A DNA stretch of 63,603 nt, the filler included, from Chiloscyllium plagiosum (Eukaryota): assembly GCF_004010195.1 (NCBI RefSeq). It is 5 parts of one record of this genome, joined end to end, with 100 filler letters (N's around TTAATTAATTAA, not from the genome) between each part and the next. Parts side by side here need not be neighbours in the genome. Positions count along the whole stretch, not along the records: positions 38,584 to 52,139 come from NC_057717.1; positions 52,240 to 60,122 come from NC_057717.1; 3 more parts are not named here. One strand, written 5' to 3'. The notes beneath the pieces are model-generated. The model was not told the DNA's origin. It saw nothing but the letters and a program-made list of their open reading frames with translations, and did no database searches. The first letter of the stretch is position 1. Each line of letters starts with the position of its first letter. The position numbers and the translations under genes were made by a program. Shown in pieces: positions 50,700-60,222 of this stretch.

Positions 50700-52139
50700 T
50701 CCCTCTCCCACTGCAACTCCCAGGTCATTTCCTCTGCCCTGAGGCTCTTCAACCATGTCGTGAAACAAACTCATTACCACAGCCACATTTGCTTCCTCAG
50801 TGCCTGCCTCCATAACCAACTCATCCCACACGGTCTCCGGACCACCTTTAAACCAGCAGAACGCGGACCCGAACAGGACAAACAGTCCAGTCTAAAGATT
50901 CAAAAGCACCAGCAACAGTTCTCCTTCAAGATCCTCCGCTCCACGTTCGCAGCAATGCGCCGGCACCTAACTTCTCTACAGTCAGCCCTGCCTCAGCTGA
51001 GGGCCACACTCTCTCAGAATTGCAAAAGACCCACTCTGTACTACATCGTCAGGAGAATTCATATTCTCAACAAACAGTATTTCAATTCCATCTCAAACAT
51101 CAAAATCTGTAAGTACAACAAACTTTTATCCACCCACCTCCATAACCAGCGCTCCTCAAACATTACAAAAGATTCCCCTGGCCTCGGAACCTATTCTACC
51201 ATTAGCCATGTGGCTGANNNNNNNNNNNNNNNNNNNNNNNNNNNNNNNNNNNNNNNNNNNNNNNNNNNNNNNNNNNNNNNNNNNNNNNNNNNNNNNNNNN
51301 NNNNNNNNNNNNNNNNNNNNNNNNNNNNNNNNNNNNNNNNNNNNNNNNNNNNNNNNNNNNNNNNNNNNNNNNNNNNNNNNNNNNNNNNNNNNNNNNNNNN
51401 NNNNNNNNNNNNNNNNNNNNNNNNNNNNNNNNNNNATCGGTGCAGGCTTGGAAGGCCCGAAGAGCCTGTTCCTGTGCTGGATTTTTTTTTGTTCTTGGTA
51501 AATACTGGCACAAAGTGTCGGTCCATATTTGAAAGGAAAATGAAAACAAGGCCAAATGTGGCACAGTGAATGTGTGGAAGAGGATAATTTATTGTAGAGA
51601 ACAGAAAATTGACAGGGAGACGAAACTGTTACATTATGTCTGCCTTCACGGAAGAAGATCCAGAACATATCCCAGAAATACCATCGGAGTTTGTAACTAA
51701 ACACTAAAATCATTTATCCTGGTGTCGTGGTAGTATATGACAACATACCTGCATTGATAAATCTGACAGACCAGATGTACTTCATACTGCAATTTCAGAA
51801 CCCACACCAGATCCTAGCTCCTAGCCCTGCCGAGTTTTCACCATCACCCCAGACCTCTCCCTCACTGAGGACGAACGATCAGTCATCAGCAAAGGACTCA
51901 CCTTCATCCCCCTCCGTCCACGCATCAATGAATTTAATACACACCCTGACGTCGAATAATTCTTCCGTCGCCTCCGCCTCCGAGCTTACATTCACAATCA
52001 GGACTCCCGCCCACCTTCTGAGGATCCCTTCGCCCACCTCCAACACACTGCATCCACCTGGACACCCCGCACTGGCCTATTAACTGCCCTCGACCTCTTC
52101 ATTTCCAACTGCCGCCGGGACATTAACCGCCTCAACCTG
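50700..52139 (+). mobile_element. PLE N-terminal region (50700-51217) and pre-RT region (51800-52139), separated by a gap and a CR1 piece
   Basis: HSHICFLSACLHNQLIPHGLRTTFKP and LSLTEDERSVISKGLTFIPLRP; inverted copies of 50513-50701 and 49808-50146. Confidence 0.85.
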
Positions 52140-54829
52140 NNNNNNNNNNNNNNNNNNNNNNNNNNNNNNNNNNNNNNNNNNNNTTAATTAATTAANNNNN
52201 NNNNNNNNNNNNNNNNNNNNNNNNNNNNNNNNNNNNNNNAGAGGGTATTGAATGTCAGCAATTTGCTTTTCCATCATGTTAGGAGAGCTAGATGACAACC
52301 TATTTAAAGAAGGGCTAGATGGGTTGGACCTAACAGAGAGTTAAGGGCTATAAAGTTTTGGACATTGAAGAGGAATTCAGACTTAGAGCAGATCAGCCAT
52401 GATCTTAGTGAAGGGCAAGGCAGGCTCGAGGGGAATGAACGTCCTACCCCTGTATCTCATGTTCTCACATTCTGTTATTGGAAGGTTAGTTGGTGTTATT
52501 TTCCTGGAAGGGCAGTTATTGAATGTTGCAGTCAGCGATGTGAGCCATTTCTGGGTGAGGTATGGGGGCTGTATTCACAGTTAATCTGGGTCTACACCAT
52601 GACCAACAAATGAAGTACAATTTGCAGAAAGGGGAAACTCTGTAAAGAGAGATGAGGCGCCTCTTTCATACCCAACCTGTGTTTTCAAATTACATTTCCC
52701 AAATCACCTCAAACCGTGTGTGACAATACTGAGGGGCTGAATGGTCTTCCATGCTTCTGTGCACCAGGTGATAGCAGTAATGGACTCCAGCTGCTCGTGT
52801 CTTGCAGGTTTGAGGGGCTGAATGGAACACTGAAACATGGGACTGAAGAGCAGGAGTGGGTCATTAGACACTTTGACCCTTGTCCACCAGGCACTAAGAT
52901 TGTAGCTGATCAGGTTGTGGTCTCAGCCCCACTCTCCTGTCTGTATCTTATTATCCATAACACAATTCCCTGTCAACTGCTTAACTAACTCAGTCTTGTA
53001 TCAATGTGAACATAGAAGCACGATAAACTTCCAGAAAAGAATTCTGACTCCTCATCCCTATTATAGAATGAGAGAGCCATATAGCATGGAAACAGACCCG
53101 TTCGTCGAATTTGTCCACTCGGACCAGATAACCAAATCAAATCTAGTCACATTTGCAAGCATGTGGCCAGTATCCCTCGTCTTTCAGTCACTTTTTAAAC
53201 GTACAATTATAGCGCCTTCACCACTTCCTCTGACAGCACTTCCTGAACACACATCACTCTCTGCGTGAAACACTTGCCCGGAAGGTCCCTTCTAAATTAT
53301 TCCCCTCTCTTCTTTAACCTATGCCCTCTTGTTTTGGACTCCTTATCCTGGAAAACAGACTGTGACTATTAAGACTATTCAGGCACACATCTTTTTAGCT
53401 TGCACACACTGCTGTGATGAGAAACAATGAGGGAGAGAGAGAGTGCAGTATAGGCCACTCCTTCTCGATTAAATTTTCTTCCTCTCTGAGTTGAGTCACA
53501 CAATAATATCAGACTCGCCCAAACTGGACCATATGAGGTTCCATTGAACATTGTCTAAACTATGTCTACATCACGTTCCCTGCTCCATGAAGGTACATCG
53601 ATGCTGCTTTTACCTTGGCAGAAAACAAAATGTGTTTATACGTAACTGCATCATTTAAAAATGTTTAAACGTTTATGCATTCAGAGCACCTGTGGTAAAA
53701 CGAAGGCATCTTATTTTTTTAACAAATGCAGAAATTGTTGCAAAAACTCAGCTGGTCTGTCAGCATCCAGATGCCTTTCAAATGTTGTAATTGGACCAGC
53801 ATCCACCACTTCCTCTGGTAGCTAATTCCTCTGCGTGAAATGGTGCCGCTTAGGCCTCTTCCCAATCTTGCCCCTCACACTTTAAACCAATGGCCTCTAC
53901 GTTTGGACGCCCCTACCCTGGGAAGAAACCATGACTACTCACCCTCTCCGTGGCTGTTATGATTATATAAACCTCTACTGCTGTAAATTGGCTGTGCTAT
54001 CAGTCTTTGAGAGAAAGTGAGGGCTGCAGATTCTGGAGATCACAGCTGAAAATGTGTTGCTGGAAAAGCGCAGCAGGTCAGGCAGCATCTAAGGAACAGG
54101 AAAATCGACTTCCCTGGGCCTAAATTCTAAAACTCAAGACTGACACCTCTTCCTTCTCCATCAATACTCAATTCTAACACCATTTTCATCAGTTTGGCAA
54201 GACGTATTCTGAAACATCTCTGTGGGATTTGTACCTGAAACTTTGTGCCCGGAGATAGGGAGAGTGCCATCACTCAGCAATAGTCCCTAAAGCAGCAACA
54301 TAATTCTCCTGTGTATTTGTTCATCAGCCTGGTCTGACATGCTGGCATACAACTCCACAACAGGCAGGACTTGAATCCAGACTGTTTGGTCCAGAGCTAG
54401 GGACACTACTAGAGAAGTTTAGGATTTGGAATCAAATCCAGAGTTCTGGCTCAGAGATACGGGTACTACCCATTCCACACGATTTAACTATGCCCAGACT
54501 TTGGGTCACATTTTAAGTACCAGCTTTCAGCTCGGTATCGATTTCTTACAATCTGGTTAACATTACTGAACTATACAAAATGTTTTTCATTGTTAAACAA
54601 ATGCAATATTCCTAAAATCATGAAATGATACCAGGCCGCTGATTACTGTCCAGCCTCTCCTCCCCACTGACTGTGTCTGCAATCTGTCCCACTTCCCCAA
54701 AAGCACACAAGGCAACTCAAGCTCAGGGTCTTTGTGAACATCAAGACTGGAGTGTGCAGGCCTCCTGGAGAGGGGATAGGCATTTTAAAATTGAAGAGGG
54801 AGAGTGAGGAAGCAGTAATATTATTCACT

Positions 54830-55700
54830 GGTCTGAGGGGTGACAGATGGAGTTTAATTTGGATTAATGCGAGGCACTTCATTTGGTAAATCATACAAGA
54901 GCAGGACCTATACAATTAAATGTTGGGTCTTTGGCAGTGTTGTAGAACAAAGAACTAGGCCGTCTGGTATAGTTAATTAAAATTTGCATCGCATATGGAT
55001 AGTGTGGTTAAGAAGGTGTTTAATACACTTGTCTTCATTAGTCAGACCTTTGAGTATCGGAATTGGGACGTCATGTTGTGGTTGTACAGGATATTGCTGA
55101 GGCCACTTCTGGAATACTGTGTCCAGTCTGGTCATCCTGCCCGCTCATTCCATAGGCACACCACCCTCTGGGTGAAAAAGCTGCCCCTCAGCTCACATTT
55201 TTCCCCACTCACTTTAAAACTATGTCCTCTAGTTTTAGACTCCCTGTAAACTTAGAAAATATCTCTAGTTTTAGACTCCCTGTAAACTTAGAAAATATCT
55301 TCACTATTCACTTTGATATTATTGACCTTGATATTATTAAAGTAGAGTGGGTTCAGAACAGATTAACCTGGATGATGCTGGGAATGGAGGGAGTGACCGA
55401 TAAGGAGAGGCTGGATAGGCTGGAGAGTACGAGATTGAGGGGTTGACGTTACGGAGGTTTATAAAATCATGAGGGGTACAGAAAAACTGAAGGGCCAATG
55501 TCTTTTTCTAAGAGTGGTGGATTCAAGACTGAGGGATATTTTAAGTTCAGAGGAGAAAGGTTTACAATAGTCATAAGAGGTAATTATTTTAGACAGAAGC
55601 TGACTTGTGTGTGGAATGAACTTCCAGAGGAAGTGGTGGAAGTAAGTGCAGTTACAACGTTTGAAAGACGTTTAGATCAGTACATGGAGAAAAAAAAACA
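54830..55700 (+). mobile_element. CR1 3' region with an inverted insert and a 36-bp tandem duplication (~55227-55300)
   Basis: LYRILLRPLLEYCVQ; RGNYFRQKLTCVWNELPEEVVE. Confidence 0.85.
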
Positions 55701-55895
55701 ATTTGAATGGTGTTGTGAGCACTTGCCCTCTCCCTCCCCCTCTCTGAGTGAATCATTGTTGTTTTTCACCCTCTGCCAATGCCTGTGCAGTGCAGTGGGG
55801 AGGCCAGCAGAGGGTGGCATTGCATCACTTTAAGCACCACAGAGACAGCCAGACCTGCCCCATACAGAGACACACAGAAACACACACACAGCAAT

Positions 55896-56652
55896 TGTTA
55901 GGACACGGCGAAAGCTCATCTGGTAATTTAACCTAACCAACAAGAAAAGCTCAGTTTGCATCATAATCTGAGTGTCAGAGAACTCCCAAATTCCACTGTT
56001 TAAATAAAAACATCAATTTATTTTATAACTCTTAAAGTGAACATTTTACATTAACTATTCACAACTCTGAGAGCTCCCTTTCTCTGAACTGCTTGTTACC
56101 CGACTCCAGCTCTATAACGATAGACACTTTCAATAAGATACTGAGTAAAATTACATAAATGTAATTTCAAAACCACATGGCAGCTGTCGTTTTCGATGTT
56201 TTCTTCCCCCTGTGGATCTCCCTAGTTCATTTCTTTCTGTTTACTGTGATTACCATCCATTTGAAAAGGTACCTTTGATAGAGAGTATTTTCTAATCTCT
56301 TGGATGTGCGTAGGTGGCATTTGCTCTGTCTGCAATTTCCGAAATGCCTGCATTCCTAATATCCCCAACATCGGATTATCTCATTGATTCAATTTTCAAA
56401 AACCAATAAAATAAAACTTGATTTGGTTTTAGTATCCTGTGGCATAATTTAAACTGCTTGGTAAAATTCGAATTGTTGTCCAAAGAGCAACCACTCAGGG
56501 ATCTATTTCACGCACAAATGTCACATATTTTCAGTTGTCCTTGACACTCTGGGTCTGCCATTCTCTCATATACACAGGTGCTGTAAGCTCTGAGTTCAGA
56601 ACAGCAGTCATTCTCTCCTAAAGGTACAGTACACATTTTCAACTTCATAACA
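55896..56652. mobile_element. Probable solo LTR (~757 bp)
   Basis: Termini TGTTAGGA...TCATAACA (TG...CA, 7/8 inverted match); internal AATAAA; no clear TSD. Confidence 0.6.
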
Positions 56653-57189
56653 TTAACATCATGATGTCAATGAAGATAAGCAAAGCCTATCCGGATTTCT
56701 CTTGCTCAATGGTTTATCAATATTTCATCCACTGTGTCTGGTGTGTGTCAGGAGCTTTGTTGGTCTGTTGACGACATCTCGACATTATTCGACTCCCTCC
56801 GTTGGAATATATCAGTATTTCACTTGCTCATACTCAAGAGTGTGGCAAGATTTCAGTTGTTTCTTGGGGACTGAGACGCTATTACAATCTCAATGTTTGC
56901 AATTGGCATCAAACCTGGAAGAACTGTGAAGTCTATAGAGGACAGTGTGGAAATCTAACAAGACAATCACGCGTTGGTGTAATTTTCGGGCAGATGGGGA
57001 TCGATGCAGAGCAGTGTGAGGTGATGCACTTTGGTAGGAAGGACATGGAAAGATAAAATAAAACAAACCTGTACCATTATAAAGGGGCTGCAGGAGCAGA
57101 GGGCGCTGCGTGATATGAGCACAGATTGTTGAAGATATCAGTACAAGTGGGGAGGGCAGTTGCAATCACAGATTAGTTTCAGTATCTGA

Positions 57190-58260
57190 GCTGTTTACAG
57201 GGGGAGGTGGAGGAAGGAGTCTCCATGCTCCCTTCCTGGGAGGTGGTGGTGACGATGTGTTGTGAGCCCACCTTCCTGCCCACCGAGACCGTGGGGATTC
57301 CATTTGTACCAGCTCGACACAAAAGGGAGATGGCATCAGGGCCACAGCTTCTAAGTTGTGCCGGGGGGAAATGGAGCTGCCAGTGGGTTTAAAGTGAGAA
57401 TTGCCCTTCACTGAACATTGCTCCTTACTCGGTCCGTGAGACGTGGATGTTTCAAAATCTCCACAAGAGGCGTACCGGCCCTCTCCGACTCCTACTAGGG
57501 TCCTCCCTACGTGGCGGGGAGAGTAGGGTGAGGGTGGGAGTGGGTGGCCCTGCTGTTAGTGCTGGTGTAGGTTGGGATAATGGCAAATGGTGAGGTTTTC
57601 AGAGGGGGTCTGTCGACAGCGTTGTATCCAGGCAGTGCTATTGATGTGGGGGGTAAAGTGGTTGGGGTGACAGAGAGAGAAAGAGAGAGAGAGGAGAGAG
57701 AGAGAAGGTATTGCATGCAGCAGTGAGAGTGATGGAGCATGAGCCTTGTTCGGTGGTTGGTGCTATAACAGATATACAGTGAGTGTGAGGGAGGAGAGAG
57801 AATACGGTGACCTTTATCCTGACAGAGGAGGGACGGTTATTGAAGCTTGTCCTGTATTGCAGGACATTTCCTCAGACCGCAGATACTGCACTGAGCTGGG
57901 TGTGAGCTCAGACCATGCTCGGTGGGTCTGGTGGTGTGGCCCTCTCTGGGAAGACAATGCCACCCTCTGTACTAGCCTATCCACCAGAACCTCCGTGCCC
58001 CTGTCGAAAAACCGTGGTGTAATTGTCCCTTACCTGCCATGTTCGGGGTAAACTGTGCAGGGCAGCTCCAAACGGAGAAAGCTCAAACGTGTGCCCATTG
58101 GGCTTTTAGAGATGGCACCAGTGCCTGGTATCTTGGAATATCCAGGGGTATCCTGGCGATGGTGAGTACTTCCAGCCATGATGGATGGGAGAATCGGGCT
58201 GACATTGAATGAGAGGGACACCATGAGGTAGGGTGGGTAGTAAATGTGGTGAGTTCAATA
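57190..58260 (-). mobile_element. Ancient decayed coding-like element, possibly an L1/Tx1 ORF1 (copy 2)
   Basis: VLTIARIPLDIP...GARRFWWIG*YRGWHCLPREGH...QCSICG...LCQDKGHRILSPP. Confidence 0.4.
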
Positions 58261-58724
58261 AGATAACCCCGGAAAATTAGCTCATTCTCGTCCAGGCAAT
58301 CCCTCTGTCACACTCAATGAAAATGGCACTGAGAAAAATTACTGTTCAAATCTGCCCAATGAGTCATAGATTCTGTTGAAGCCAATTCCAGTTACAAAGA
58401 TGCAGAACAAATGCTCATCTGACCTCAAAGCATTATCCCTTTTTCCAATCTTTCCTGGGAAGCAGGCTCATGTTACCGGATGCTATCGAAGTGTCTACCT
58501 TTCATCATTCTGAAACCTGGGAACACATCCTTCCATGACACTATCTCTCTGTCTCCCCATCTCTGTCTATACCCAAACCTCTCCCATGTGGAGATATTTA
58601 AAGTGCTTTCCCCACCATCTCTCACTGGCAGTGATGTTCACACCCACAGCACCCCCTTTTCATGTCACAATGGAGATAAGGAGCTGGAAATGGATGGGAG
58701 CTGCACATCCTATCACTTCCAGCA

Positions 58725-59030
58725 TGGGCTGCTAGCTTCCCCACACTGGGCATGGATCTAACACAGTGTTACTGAGCAATGCACTGTGGTGCTGTACACA
58801 ATCCTACATGCTGGGAGGGTAACTGCTCCTGGTTTACAGATTAATTCACTGGTGATCACTGCACAGGTCGCTGTGCTGGTCAGACGATCTGGTGGAGGTG
58901 TATAGATAACGCAATGATGTGGTCTGTGCAGCTCCCCATGCTGGATTCATATTTGTTTCAGGTTCTGCTATGTTCTGCATAGCGCCCCGTGCTGGACAGA
59001 TGTGCAGCCTATACACAGTATATCATGCTG
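58725..59030. repeat. Degenerate copies of the 60-bp minisatellite family
   Basis: ttactgagcaatgcactg, gtctgtgcagctccccatgctgg and gccccgtgctggacaga match the 45905-46217 unit. Confidence 0.65.
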
Positions 59031-59071
59031 GTGTAGTGGATGGGGGTAAATGTGATGGACAGGTCAAGGGG

Positions 59072-59258
59072 TTCCCCGGAACGTTCCATCCCCAACATTC
59101 TGTAACTGACATTCCCCGGAAGTTCTGTCCCTGACATTCTATAACTGACATTCCCCGGAACGTTCCGTCGCCAACATTCTGTAACTGACATTCCCCGGAA
59201 CATTCTGTCCCCAAAATGCGAGAACTGGCATTCCCCGGAATGTTCTGTCCCTGACATT
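59072..59258. repeat. ~40-bp minisatellite, ~4.7 copies
   Basis: cattccccggaacgttc(c/t)gtcccc/tgacattctgtaactga at 59110, 59149, 59189 and 59229. Confidence 0.9.
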
Positions 59259-59808
59259 GTTTGTGAACGGCCGCACGTCAGAGAATTGAACAAACGATAA
59301 GATCCCGAGGGAAGAGATCCCGTTCCAGGGAGAAGGAGACACTGTTCCGAAGGCCCCTCAGGCAGTTTAAGGGGTGAATACGTTTTCCCTGCGTTTACAT
59401 TTCTTCACGACACCGGATCGACCACAATTTAAACCAAAATACAGGAATTCCCAAACTCCGTTTGTCTTCAGGAAACTGGGAGAGAATCCTTCAGGACAGC
59501 AACGTTTCCACCCTCCGTATTAGGAACTGGGAAGGAGTGACCTGCATCTGCTCTTGAGAGATCAAATGTTCTAGAAACCATCTGTCCTTATGGATGTGTC
59601 TCTGTGTGTTTGTGGAGGGAGGGTTTCTTGTGGTTTTTGTCACATTTTCGTCAGTACTTCAGACCTTCCCATTTGTTATTCCAGCTCGATTTATTTTAAT
59701 AAATCCCTGAATACAGGGACACATTTGAAAATCTCACTGGGTCCCCGATCAAACGGGTCCCTTTGCCTCCAGGCTGATGAATAATGGGTTTGTTTTCCTT
59801 CCTCACAG

Positions 59809-60122
59809 TTAACGTAGTGACCATCTACGTCCTGCTTTATAAAGATTGTGGATTGTCTCCATGTGTCAGACGTTACCTGGGGGCCATGGCAGCGGCGGAT
59901 CTCCTGGTCATTATCCTCGACCTGATCCTGAGACACATTCCCATTGTTTATCAGGAACAGTTTTATTTCCTGAAGGACTCCATCCCCGTGTGTAATATCC
60001 ACGCCGTCCTGCTTCATGCAGCCACTGACTGCTCTGTCTGGTTCACCGTCACTTTCACCTTTGACCGGTTTGTGGCCATTTGTTGCCAGAAGCTGAAAAG
60101 TAAATATTGCAATGAGAAAACG
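59809..60122 (+). CDS. GPR139/GPR142-like class A GPCR, exon 2 (TM1 end to ICL2), truncated by an assembly gap
   Basis: Acceptor ttgttttccttcctcacag|TT. Translation (V)NVVTIYVLLYKDCGLSPCVRRYLGAMAAADLLVIILDLILRHIPIVY...VCNIHAVLLHAATDCSVWFTVTFTFDRFVAICCQKLKSKYC has the TM1 Asn, TM2 LxAxAxAD and TM3 SxWxTV...DRF. Compare human GPR139 YLLALAAADILV and SIWITVPLTIDRYIAVC (from memory). No stops in 104 codons. Confidence 0.9.
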
Positions 60123-60222
60123 NNNNNNNNNNNNNNNNNNNNNNNNNNNNNNNNNNNNNNNNNNNNTTAATTAATTAANNNNNNNNNNNNNNNNNNNNNN
60201 NNNNNNNNNNNNNNNNNNNNNN

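Larger units (their letters stand above)
47870..50701 (-). mobile_element. Near full-length PLE (N-terminal region, RT, linker, pLTR), internally rearranged
   Basis: SVLSKGLTFIP, KPADKLGAVVVW, DIQSLYTSI, QTKGVAMGTRMGPSYACLF, LRYIDD, LPFLDL, HPTSCKNAIPYSQFLRLLRICS; pLTR at 47870-48072. Confidence 0.93.

Noticed and set aside
59784..59808. ATG at 59784 as the GPCR start
   Set aside because: It lies in the polypyrimidine tract/acceptor and would omit half of TM1; a spliced upstream exon fits better.
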